Source: an uncultured Chloroflexia bacterium (GTDB taxonomy: Bacteria > Chloroflexota > Anaerolineae > Anaerolineales > UBA4823). From it: DNA of 64,000 nucleotides. The stretch covers positions 94,609 through 158,608 of the forward strand of contig CAVPDG010000004.1 of the NCBI GenBank assembly GCA_963702535.1, written 5' to 3'. A model generated the notes under the pieces. The model worked only from the letters and a program-made list of their open reading frames with translations, made no database searches and was not told the DNA's origin. The translations under genes and the position numbers were made by a program. Positions 9,465 through 19,974 of this stretch are shown here, piece after piece. Positions within the stretch are counted from its first letter, which is position 1; every line of letters begins with the position of its first letter.

Positions 9465-10620
9465 TCATCTTAGCGCCGCGCTCAATAGCCCGATCAGCGC
9501 CCCCCCGGCGATCAGCCAGGTCGAATTAACCTTGAAGCGCATCAGTAGCACGAGCGAAACAACTGCAATGGTCACCGTCAGCGGGTCGACGAGCGAGCTG
9601 CGCCCGAGCTGCCAGGTCACCCCCGCCATCAAGCCCAGCGCCGCGGCGTTCACCCCATCCAGCAGGCTGCTGAACCAGGCCGAACCGCGCATGCGCGGGA
9701 TCCAGGGGTTGGTGATTGCCACGAAGATAAAAGCCGGCAGGAAGATGCCCACCGTCGCCAGGATCGCCGCCGGCGTGCCCCCCAGCAGGTAGCCGATGAA
9801 GGTCGCCGTGGTCAGCACCGGTCCCGGCGTCACCTGCCCGATGGCGATGGCGTCCAGCAGTTGCTGGTCGGTCAGCCAGCCGTATTTCACCACGAAATCG
9901 GCGCGCAAGAACGCCAGCAGCACGTACCCGCTGCCATACAGCACCGAGCCGATCTTGAGGAAGGTGAAGAACATCAGCGGCAGGCTGAACGGCGTCGCCG
10001 TCTGCGCCAGGAGGGTCAGCCCGCTGGCGGGCAATAAGAAGGCTGCCATGCCCCTGCGAGCGTAACCGCTTGTAGTTCATCGCCAGCATCACGATCAGCC
10101 CGCCGCCGAACAGCAGTGCAATCTCGTTGAAGCCCAAAAAGTAAAGCAACAGGACGGTGGCAGTCGTTATCCCCGTCAGCCAGCCCTTGATCGCCTTCTG
10201 CCCCAGGCTCCACAATGCCTGGATGATGATGGCGATCACCACCGGCTTGATGCCGTACAGCAGCCACTCTACCTGTGGCGTGGTTCCGTACCTGGCGTAG
10301 ATCGCCGCCAGGACGATCACAATCAGCATCGCCGGGGCGATGAAGCAGGCCCCCGCCGTGATCAGCCCAAGCCACCCCGCCCGCAGGTAGCCGATATGGA
10401 TCGCCATCTCGGTGGAGTTGGGACCCGGGATTAAGTTTGTCGCCCCCAGCAGGTCGAGGAATTCCTGGTCGCTCAGCCATTTGCGCCGCTTCACAATCTC
10501 ATCGTGCATCATGCTGATGTGCGCGGCCGGTCCGCCAAAACCGGTGATCCCCAGCTTCAGGAACAGGGCTGCAAGCTCACCTAATCGCTCTGAGGTTGGG
10601 CTATTTACGCTAGTGGACAG
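9465..10620 (-). pseudogene. chrA: Chromate transporter ChrA, two halves in different frames
   Basis: The N-terminal half is ...GELAALFLKLGITGFGGPAAHISMMHDEIVKRRKWLSDQEFLDLLGATNLIPGPNSTEMA... (frame of 9526..10512). The C-terminal half is FFTFLKIGSVLYGSGYVLLAFLRADFVVKYGWLTDQQLLDAIAIGQVTPGPVLTTATF... (9465..10049). The frames switch near 10050-10075 with no stop ending the first half. No canonical start codon precedes the conserved N-terminal residues. Confidence 0.8.
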
Positions 10621-10743
10621 GATTATTCTTTCCTCGCCGCCACAAGCCGGTTGTGCGGCTTATTCGGCTTTAACGCAGTCTGCCCTTGCAGAAACCGCAC
10701 CACCCGCTGGCTTTCCATCACGCCTTCCAGGTTTGCGACTGTC

Positions 10744-13193
10744 CTACTCCCCCGTCGGCACCCAGATGTTCTTAACCTGCGTGGCGTGGTGCAAGAACTC
10801 GTGCCCTTCGCCCTGCTCGGCGCTTGCCCAATCCCGCTTTATGCCGTAGCTCACCCACGTGCGCTTGACGTTTGCCGCCGAGTTGTACTCCACATGGAAG
10901 CTCCCTTCCGCTGTGCCGAAGTACCACAGCGCGTCCACGTCCTCGTGCTGCACCAGCGTCTTCGTCAGGTGATCTCTGTCACCGGTGACGATGTTCACCA
11001 CCCCCGGCGGCACGTCCGACGTGTCCAGCACCTGGTACAAGTCGGTGGCGCTCAGCGGGTGCTTCTGGCTGGGGATCATCACCACCGTGTTGCCGCGTGC
11101 GATGGCTGGCGCCATCAAAGACACGAACGCCAGCAGCGGGGCTTCGTCCGGGCAGGCGATGCCGATCACGCCCACCGGCTCGTTGACGCCCACCGTGATG
11201 CCGCGCAGCGTGGTCTCCTGCACCGACCCGCCATACTTATCCGCCCAGGCTGCGTAGGTGAATAGCCGTGTGACAGACGCCTCCACCTCCGCCTGCGCCG
11301 CTTGCTGGGAGCAGCCGGTCATCTCCACCAGCCGCCGCGCAAATTCCTCCCGCCGCGCGTCCAGGTTCTCACCAATGAAGTACAGGATCTGCGAGCGGTT
11401 GTAGCCGTGCCGCATCGCCCAGCCCGGCTTGGCGGTGTGCGCGGCGTGCGCTGCCTCCACCGCCTCGCGGATATCTTTGCGGTTGCCGTCGCCCACCTGC
11501 CCGATCAGCTCGCCTTTCGGGCTGAGCACTGCCTTCGTGTAGTACCCGTCCGGGCGCACTTGCTTGCCGCCGATGTACATCTTGGGCGTGCGGTCCACCG
11601 CCAGTCCTTTCTTGCCGTTCTTCACGCCCTGTCCAGGCTGCACTGGTCTCTCCGGCGTGTGCTCTCCCCATTTGGATTTGCCGGTCAGCGTCTCGGGCAG
11701 CGCCGGTTGCGGGCGCGGTCGCTCCTGCCACGCCGGGCGCAGGTACTCGAACAATCCCTCCCTGCCGCCTTCCCGTCCAAAGCCGCTCTCGCGGTAGCCG
11801 CCGAATCCCGACGCCGCATCGAACAGGTTGGTCGAGTTGACCCACACCGAGCCTGCCTTGATCTTGCTCGCCACATCCAGCGCCAGGTTGATGTTCTCGC
11901 TCCACACGCTGGCAGCCAGCCCGTAACGCGTGTTGTTTGCCAGCTCGATTGCCTCCGCCGGGTTGCGGAAGGTCAGCGAAACCAGCACCGGTCCGAAGAT
12001 CTCCTCCTGTACTGTTGCAGACGCCGGCTCCAGCCCGGTGATCAGCGTCGGCGGGTAGAAGCAGCCCTTCCCCGGCATCTCGATCTCCGGCTGGAACAGC
12101 TCTCCGCCCTCCGCCACGCCCGTCTTCACCCAGCCGTCGATGGTATCCCACTGCGTCTGGTCGACGATCGCCCCGATGTCGATGCACTTATCCAGCGGAT
12201 CGCCCACCCGCAGATTGCCCATGCGTACCTTGAGCTTGTTGATGAAGCGCTCGGCGACGTTCTCCTGCACCAGCAGGCGCGACCCCGCGCAGCATACCTG
12301 CCCCTGGTTGAACCAGATGGCATCCACCACACCCTCGATGGCGCCGTCCAGATCGGCGTCCTCGAAGACGACGAACGGCGATTTGCCGCCCAGCTCCAGC
12401 GAGAGCTTCTTGCCCGACCCGGCGGTCTGCTGGCGCAGGATGCGCCCCACATCGGTCGAGCCGGTGAAGGCGATCTTATCGATATCGGGGTGGGTCACGA
12501 TCATCGTCCCTGCCTTGCTGCTGCCGGTGACCACGTTCACCACCCCCGGCGGCAGTCCCGCTTCGGCGACGATCTCGGCGAAGAGCAGCGCGCTCAGCCG
12601 CGTGTAAGATGCCGGCTTGAGCACCACCGTGTTCCCCATGGCGATCGCCGGGGCGATCTTCCAGCCCAGCATCAGCAGCGGGAAGTTCCACGGGATGATC
12701 TGCCCCACCACGCCCACCGGCTGGTAATCGCGCAGCTCGCTCTCCATCAATTGCGCCCAGCCGGCGTGATAATAAAAATGCCTTGCCAGCAGCGGCGTGT
12801 CGATATCCCTCGCCTCGCGGATCGGCTTGCCGTTGTCCATCGATTCGAGCACCGCCAGCAGCCGCATGTGCTTCTGGATGTTGCGCGCAATGGCGTACAG
12901 GTAGCGCGCCCGCACGCTGCCGGGCGTCTCGCTCCAGCTTTGGAATGCCTGGCGTGCCGCCGCCACCGCCTCATCGATATCGCTCTGCCCCGCTTGCGCC
13001 GGTGTCTGCCAGCTTTTGCCCGGTCGCCGGGTTGTAGCTGGTGGTAGTAGCTGGCGTCTTTCGGGTGTTTCCAGGTGTTGTTGATGAACAGCCCGAATTT
13101 GCGCTGGTGGTCTTCCAGCCAGGCGTCTGCTGCCGCCGAGGATTCGGGCGCCGGTCCGTAAGGCATGGTCTTGAAGGCTTCCATAACGTCCAT
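10744..13193 (-). pseudogene. Two-domain aldehyde dehydrogenase (full ALDH plus truncated ALDH-like domain); two frameshifts near the 5' end
   Basis: ALDH hallmarks: IPWNFP, FTGSTDVG, LELGGKSP, NQGQVCCAGSR, EEIFGPV. The real N-terminus MDVMEAFKTMPYGPAPESSAAADAWLEDHQRKFGLFINNTWKHPKDASYY starts at 13193 in another frame. ...SYNPATGQKLADT is in the third frame. The shifts lie at about 13040-13046 and about 12998-13003. The upstream part of the 873-aa track ORF (13194-13365) is Arg-rich read-through overlapping deoC. Confidence 0.85.
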
Positions 13194-13208
13194 CGTATCC
13201 TCCTGGGT

Positions 13209-14177
13209 CTAGCCCATCGGCATGTGGTGCCGGGCGGCATAGCGACCGGTAATATAGTGGTAGAGCTGCCGCTCCAGGTCGGTGAGCAGTCCGCTCGCCC
13301 CGATGCGGAACAGGTCGGGCATCAGCCATTCGTCGCCCAGCTCCTCTTTCATCAGCGCCTGCCACGCCATCGCCTGCTTGGCTTTGTTCACCCCGCCTGC
13401 GGGCTTGAAGCCCACCTTGTACCCCGTGCGCTGCTGGTACTCACGCATCGCCCGCAGCATCACCAGCCCGAATTCCAGGGTGGCGTTCACGCTTTCTTTG
13501 CCGGTGGAGGTCTTGATGAAGTCCGATCCTGCCATCATCGCCACCAGGCTCGCCTGGTACACCTGCTTGAGCGTGCCCAGGTCGCCCACCGCCAGGATGC
13601 TCTTCATGTGCGCCGCGTTGCCGCATGTCTCGCGGAATTGCTTGATCTCGTCGTACAGCGCCCGCCAGTTGCCGGTCAGCACGTGCGTGCGCGGGATCAC
13701 GATATCGATCTCGCGCGCCCCGGCCTCGATGGCTTGCTCGATTTCGGCGATGCGCTGCGCCAGCGGCGTCTGCCCGGCGGGGAAGCCCGTCGCCACCGAT
13801 GCCACCGGGATATCCGTGCCTTGCAGCGCCTCAACCGCTTCCCGCACGCGGTTGGGATAAACGCATACCGCGCCGACCGTGATTTTCTCCCCGTTAACGC
13901 CCAGCGCCGCCAGCATATCGGGGCGCACCGGTTGTCGCGCCTTGGCGCACAGGCGCTGCACCCTGCCCGGCGTGTCATCCCCCGAGAGGGTGGTCAGATC
14001 GATGCACGTGATCGCCCTCAGCAGCCAGGCGGCTTGCCATTCTTTCTTCACCGTCCGCCTGCCGCTCAGCGTGGCGGCGCGCCGCTCCACCGCGCTGCGG
14101 TTCACCCGGGCATCCATCACCCAGTCCAGATCGATCGCTGTTCCTGGATTGCGTTCCTGTGTCGCAGACATATTCAA
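13209..14177 (-). CDS. deoC: Deoxyribose-phosphate aldolase (long form)
   Basis: 322 aa with CIDLTTLSGDDT, VCVYP, EIDIVI, FIKTSTGK (Schiff-base Lys context) and FKPAGG. Confidence 0.9.
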   Translation of the reverse strand: MNMSATQERNPGTAIDLDWVMDARVNRSAVERRAATLSGRRTVKKEWQAAWLLRAITCIDLTTLSGDDTPGRVQRLCAKARQPVRPDMLAALGVNGEKITVGAVCVYPNRVREAVEALQGTDIPVASVATGFPAGQTPLAQRIAEIEQAIEAGAREIDIVIPRTHVLTGNWRALYDEIKQFRETCGNAAHMKSILAVGDLGTLKQVYQASLVAMMAGSDFIKTSTGKESVNATLEFGLVMLRAMREYQQRTGYKVGFKPAGGVNKAKQAMAWQALMKEELGDEWLMPDLFRIGASGLLTDLERQLYHYITGRYAARHHMPMG

Positions 14178-14332
14178 TCCTTTGTTTCAACCCACCAGGG
14201 TTTGTCTTTATGTTGGGCTCCCGCCGGCGTCCGCTTGCCTGATCCGGATGCCCATGCTTTTCTATTGTACCAAAAGAACCGCAGGCGTCCTTTTCTGCAA
14301 CCAGTACTATTCCCTGCTCATTCTGGATTGGG

Positions 14333-14638
14333 TCATTCCCTTTCTACCGTAAATCTCAGCGGAAAACCCTCCAGCCGCGCCGCCAGCTCTGCCCGGTGCA
14401 CGCGCAGCAGCGCTTCTGGCTTGGGCAATGTCTGCACGTATGCTGAGCCGTGATAATGCGCGGTGTACATCACTTGCAGCGCTCGCGGACCTGGGAGCAG
14501 GAAGATGCGTAGCAAAACGCCGACGACAAAGTCCATCGGCGTTACATTGTCATTGTGGATGATCACCCGGTAGGGCGGCTCCTCTCCTGTCTCTTCGCCT
14601 TGCAATATCTCCTTGCTGATTTCCGGTGTTTTTTCCAC
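14333..14638 (-). CDS. clpS: ATP-dependent Clp protease adaptor ClpS
   Basis: 101 aa. The core is PPYRVIIHNDNVTPMDFVVGVLLRIF...ALQVMYTAHYHGSAYV. No clpA gene lies next to it. Confidence 0.9.
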   Translation of the reverse strand: MEKTPEISKEILQGEETGEEPPYRVIIHNDNVTPMDFVVGVLLRIFLLPGPRALQVMYTAHYHGSAYVQTLPKPEALLRVHRAELAARLEGFPLRFTVERE

Positions 14639-14644
14639 GCTGCT

Positions 14645-15168
14645 TTATCCTGGCTGGATTCTACCATGCAGGCGCTTATCCACTTCCGGCAGCAGCGTGC
14701 AGAGGATCGCCCCTTCCATCTGCGCGGAGAGCAGGATGTCTATCTGATGAACGGCGTGGAATTAGCAACTTTTCTGCTGCCGGTATCCCCTTGCGGATCG
14801 TTTCCGCCATCTGCGGCGTCACTTCGTCGTCCCTGCCGTAGACCACCAGCGTCGGCGCATGGATCTCCCCAGCCTCTCCCTGATATCCCAGTCCTTCAGC
14901 CTGCCCGTTATGTAGAACTCCTTGGTCCCCACATCGTCAGGTAAACCTCGTTCGTCTCGATCTTCTAAAAAGCCTCTTTCACCCACTCGGGTTGCGGGTC
15001 GATGTGCCCTCCGGCGAAGTCATCGTGCGTCGCCCCCGGTCCGCCGTGCAGGCAGATCAGCGGCAGTTTCCCCGCTACTTCTTTTTCGCCGGTGATGAGG
15101 AACCAGGTCTTATAGCCGCGATACAGGATTGTCTCTTCTTGGACCGGTAATTCAGCCTGATTAGCCAT
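14645..15168 (-). pseudogene. Remnant of an alpha/beta-hydrolase (proline-iminopeptidase-like) gene with an internal deletion
   Basis: N-terminal piece: MANQAELPVQEETILYRGYKTWFLITGEKEVAGKLPLICLHGGPGATHD, then garbage and a stop. Immediately downstream a C-terminal piece is readable: ...EVYLTMWGPKEFYITGRLKDWDIRERLGEIHAPTLVVYGRDDEVTPQMAETIRKGIPAAEKLLI.... The central nucleophile region (GxSxG) is missing. Confidence 0.6.
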
Positions 15169-17352
15169 TCATGCCCGGTGCTCCCAGCCCCTCCGCGATC
15201 TGCGCAATGCTGTCATTGATACGCGCCAGGTGGACTAGCGCCTGGTCGCGCACCGCCCCCACCGCCCCGCCTTCCAATCCCTCGATCTTTTGTAGTGTGG
15301 TCTCCCGCTTGCGCTTCCTCGGGCTTCTCGGCAGGCTCCCCGTGCTCATTCTCCAGCATTTTAGCCAGGCTCTCCACGTTGGCATGGATGCGCTCCTGCA
15401 AGCTATGGATCAGCTCAGCCCGTCTTGCTTCTGTAATGCTGCCTGGCTCTTCTCCCACATCCTCCTTCAGGTGGGTCACGTATCCCTTCAGCACTGCCAG
15501 GCTGGTCCCCTGGCTTGCCAATAGGCTCTGGCTGCGGCTCAGCGGGTTGTACTCGTAGACCGCGCTCGCCAGGGTTTGTTCCAGCTTCTTGTAGCTTGCA
15601 TCGATACTGCAGCGCTTCCTCGTCTAGGTCGCCGGCGGGCGTGCTGGCTGTTAGGCTCGCCACATAGCCCTCGATATACTCGTCCACCGCCTTAATAAAT
15701 TCCGCCAGGGCAGCCTTGAAGCGCTCCTGTACCCGGATGGGTAGGATGAACATCACCACCAACGCCGCTGTGGCTGCCCCGAGCAGCGTGCTCACCGGTC
15801 GCGCCACCAACAGGTGCAGCGCCCCGCCGCCGATCGACGTGATGATCAGCAGGGTGGCAATGTTGAGCCAGAAGACCATCCAGGCGTAGGATATGGTCAG
15901 GATGTAAACCGCAAAGAAGATGCAGGCTGTCACGCACAGCGCCGTCAGGATCAGGTTGTCCGGCAGCAGGACTGCCAGCGCCACCCCGATCGCTGTCCCG
16001 CCGATCACGCCTGCCACGCGCATCGTGATCCGCCGCAGCGATTCGCCCGTCGACCCGGCGATGACCACGAATGCCGTCCAGAAGACCATCGTTGGCGTGT
16101 CCATCCTCAGCAGGGTTGCCGCCAGCATCGCCAGCCCCGCAGCCAGCACCGCTTGCAGCCCCAGGATGGTCGTCGGGTGCAAACTTACCCCGCCCTTCTT
16201 GCCGGGCTTGATGAAAAAAGCGGTTTGCGCGACTTTCGCCTGTTTTGGGGTGCCCATTTCGAGCGTGCTGGCATCCCGGCCGATTTCGATCTTCTGGATA
16301 TTTGCCACAGATTGGGCAAGCTGGCGCGCCGCGATGCCCATGCGCAGCAGGTTGAGCATCCACTCGCCACCGGATTTCTCCTCCAGGCTGGTCTTGATCT
16401 GCCGCTGGAGCTGTTCTCCGATCTCGTACAATTGCCTCTGTTCCTCGCCGGTTGCTGCTCTTGAAAACTGCTCTTCGAGCACCATTAAGCCCTCAACCAG
16501 AGAACTCCAGGATCTCCTTGGGCGTCTCGTGCCGGGATAGCCTGGTGGTCGCCTCAATCAGCAGTTCGAGTCCGCGCTCGCTCTTGTACATTTCCTCCTG
16601 CAGTTGGTTCAGGCGGGTCTGGCTCCATAAGCTCGGCGAGACCGCTGCCGCGAACAGCCCCTCGATCACCCGCCGGTTGCGGTTGACCTGCTTGGTGATG
16701 CGCTCCAGCCGCTGCAAATCTGCCTGGCTTCCCTCGCCATTCTCCAGCGTCTCCCGCACCGCTTGCCACTCCCCCTCGCACATTGTGGTAGAAGGCTCTC
16801 ACGCTGCGTTACAGGTACTTCACCGGGTCGTAGGGGATGATCACGAATTCCCAGAGATAGACCGCCGCCGCGCTGAAGATGACGCAGATCAGGATCAAGG
16901 GGTACGCCGCCGGCTGGGGGTGCAGCATGAAGCCCAGGTAAGTTCCCAGGGTCGTCACCAGTGCCAGCTCGCCCTGCCCGCGTCCCGTAGCGCCGCAGGA
17001 AATACGCCAGGAAGAACAGCGCCAGCAGCATAAGATAGCTGATCCAGGTTAGCCCCGCCAGGCTACTGCCCAGCACCAGCGCCGCTGTAAACAGCGGCGT
17101 CGCCAGCCACAGGCTCACCTTGCGCTCTGCCGGTCTTAGATCGATGATGAACAACAGCAGCACGATCCCGCTCACCACCCCGAACAGCGGGACGGTAGGC
17201 GGCACTTTGCCGTAGATGAGCAGCAGTCCCAGGCGCAGCCCCAGCCAGATGCTCAGCAGCGCCAGCGCCGCCCGTCCCGCTGTCAGCAGGCGGATCAGCC
17301 CCGGATCGATGCCGGACAACCACAGTTGCAGCGTTATACGGTTTCGTCTCAT
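15161..17352 (-). pseudogene. FUSC / aromatic-acid-exporter-type integral membrane protein, heavily disrupted
   Basis: Colinear fragments lie in all three frames: 16666..17352 (first TM bundle), a piece ELALVTTLGTYLGFMLHPQPAAYPLILICVIFSAAAVYLWEFVIIPYDPVKYL ending at TAA 16811-16813, then 16493..16783, 15415..16557 (second TM bundle), 15213..15521 and 15161..15385. That is at least 5 frame changes plus one in-frame stop. Confidence 0.7.
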
Positions 17353-17388
17353 TCTCCGCTGAAGGCGCTTACCGCCATCTGTTGCTTT

Positions 17389-19744
17389 TTACTGCCGGCT
17401 CATGATCGCCCGCATCAGCGCTTCCTCATCCTCGATCAGTTCGCCGCTTACATCGATCGTAACCTGGTAGATCGTTCCGCTGAAATGGAACGGCGCCTTG
17501 TAGGCCGGCGTCACCGGCGAGCCGTGGTCTGCCCCGCAGGAGATGCCCCCGCCCAGCCCGTATGTGATCGGCACGGTGGCATCGAACTCTGCCTGCCCTA
17601 CCAGCCGCCCGTCGATGTAGAGTTGCGCCACGCCCCGCCGCACCCTTCCCGCCTTGATGTCCGGCTTGCCGGTCGGCTCGAACTCGAAGCGCAGGCTATG
17701 TTTGCCCGCTGGCACATCCTCCACCGATTCGACGTGCAGCAGCCTGGCCGATACCACGTTTTGGGCGTAGTGCAGCCTCTGGTTCTGCATGTAAAAGCTG
17801 TAGCCGCCCTCGTTGCCGCCAAACGCCAGCAGCACTCCCTCGGCGCCTGTCTCGGGGATTTCCACCTCTGCTGTGATGCTGTGCGCCCGGTTGATCACGT
17901 TGACCGTCGCGTTGCCCGGCACCACTTGCGTCCCTGGGTAAAAGCTGTAGCGCTCGCGGGGCAGCGCAGCTTGTGGTCGTGGGTCGAGTATTCGCGCCGC
18001 GCCGCGTGCAGTCGATCGGCAGCACTTTGTATTTCCCCGCCTCCACATACCACATTGTGATCATCTCGATCAGCTTGGCCCGGTTTCCCTCGGCGACGTT
18101 GTGGTTCTCCGCAAAGTCTTCCGCCACATGGTAAAGCTCCCATCCTGTTGCATCTAGCCTGGTCAGCTCCTCTGCCGTATCGGCGCCCCAAAGAATTTGC
18201 CCGCCTCGCTGAATGATGGTCCCGGCCACGGGCAGACTGCCCGCCAGCCGTCGTGGTAGATCGACCGGTGCCCCATCATCTCGAAGTACTGCGTGTTGCG
18301 TTTGCTGGGATTGCGTGGCGTCGTCGAACGTGTGCGCAAAGCTCACGCCCTCGATCGGCGATTGGGTTACTCCGCTGATCGTCGTTGGCGGCTCGATGCC
18401 CAGGCACTCGAGCACCGTCGGCAGCAGGTCGATGGCGTGCACGTACTGGCTCCGTACTGCGTTATTCGCCTATGCCTTTGCCCCAGTGGATGATGAGCGG
18501 GTCGGAGATGCCTCCCCGGTAGGTCTCGCGTTTCCAGCGCCGGAAGGGCGTGTTGCCGGCAAAGGTCCACCCCCAGGCGTAGTGGTTGAAGTGCTTTGGT
18601 CCGCCCAGCTCGTTCAGCACCTTCAGGTTGTCCTCCACGGTCCCCGGCAGGTTGTTGTGCCACAGGTTGATGTTCGTCATCCCGTTGGGTCCGCCCTCCG
18701 AGCTGGCGCCGTTGTCGGAAAGGGCGATGATCAGCGTGTTGTCGAATTCGCCGCTCCGTTTGAGGAATTCGAGCAGCCGCCCGATATGGTAATCGGTGTG
18801 CTCCAGAAAGCCGGCATACACCTCCATCATGCGCGCGAAGACTTTGCGCTCATCCGGTGTGCATTCGGACCAAGGTTTGACATCCGGATCGTGCCGCGAA
18901 AGCTCCGCATCTGCCGGAACGATGCCCAGTTCCTTCTGCCGGGCGAATACCTTTTCCCGGTAGGCGTCCCAGCCGTCGTCGAACTGTCCCTTGTACCGGT
19001 CAGCCCATTCCTTGGGTACATGGTGCGGGGCGTGCATGGCGCCGGTCGCAAAATAGAGGAAGAAGGGCTTGTCCGGCGCTACCTGCTTGGCGTCGGCGAT
19101 AAAGGCGATCGCCTTATCCACCAGGTCTTCCGTCAGGTGGTAGCCCTCTTCCGGCGTCTTCTCCGGCTCCACCTGATGGTTGTCGTAGACCAGCTCCGGG
19201 TAGTACTGGTGGGTGTCGCCGCCCAGGAACCCGTAGAAGCGCTCGAAGCCGCGTCCCAGCGGCCAGCGCTGGTACGGACCGGCTGCCGAAGACTCGTGCC
19301 CCGGCGTCAGGTGCCATTTCCCCACCGCGTAGGTGTTGTAGCCGTTTTCGAGCAAAATTTCCGAGAGGAATCCGTTCTCGAATGCGGGATCATCCCGTTG
19401 CTGCCGGGGTAACCGGTAGCGCCTTCGGTGATGCATGCCAGCCCGTTCGAGTGGTGGTTGCGCCCGGTGATGATGCATGCACGCGTCGGCGAGCACAGCG
19501 CTGTCGTGTGAAAATTGTTGTACCTGAGCCCGTCTGCCGCCAGCGCGTCCAGGTTCGGCGTGCGGATCGGCGCCCCATAGCAGCCCAGTTGCCCGAATCC
19601 CAGGTCATCCAGGACAATAAATAGCACGTTCGGCGCCCCTTCTTTGGCGCGCTCGGCTTGCGGCCAGGCAGGGGACGATTCTTCCACCGTGCGCCCGATG
19701 ACGCCCGGAAATGTGCTTCTTGGGTTGTATTCGGTGATTGGCAT
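17389..19744 (-). pseudogene. Arylsulfatase (formylglycine type, about 780 aa), at least 5 frameshifts
   Basis: The start MPITEYNP at 19744 is preceded by AGGAGG. The FGly motif is LCSPTRACIITGRNHH, followed by GKWHL, HAPHHVP, ALSDNGAS and WKRETYRGGISDP. The C-terminal domain reads ...GGYSFYMQNQRLHYAQN...IDVSGELIEDEEALMRAIMSRQ. Fragments: 19307..19795, 18462..19496, 17696..18442, 17389..18048 and one unlisted frame. Shifts lie near 19388, 18470, 18290, 18185 and 18005. Confidence 0.85.
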
Positions 19745-19974
19745 ACACTCCTCCTGTGATACTATCGCTTGTATTTTCTTGGTTTTACCGCTCAATTAAG
19801 CCCTCGAGCATCGGCGTTAGTAGGTGCGGCAAGCGCCACCCAGAGCCACACGCTGAATAACGCCTATCGGAATGTCTTCGGTGCCTTTCTTATGGACCGG
19901 TGGATGCTCCGATCTGTATCGGGATTGTGCGCAAGTTTACCAGGATCGGGCGCTGCAGCCTCGTCGCAAGGTTG

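Noticed and set aside
13194-13365. N-terminal extension of the 873-aa ALDH track ORF, overlapping deoC
   Set aside because: The sequence (MAGADERGAGRRMADARPVPHRGERTAHRPG...) is low-complexity read-through. The authentic N-terminus MDVMEAFKTMPYGPAPE... starts at 13193 in another frame.
11302-14453. Long plus-strand ORFs 11302..13047 (581 aa) and 13041..14453 (470 aa)
   Set aside because: They are antisense to the aldehyde dehydrogenase and deoC genes, which have unmistakable family motifs. The translations are Arg/His/Pro-rich with no recognisable domains.
18213-19412. 399-aa plus-strand ORF
   Set aside because: It is antisense to the arylsulfatase fragments and has no motifs. The same reasoning applies to 59047..60015, 59660..60571 and 61415..62326, which lie opposite the hydrogenase genes, and to 6304..7044 opposite the kinase.
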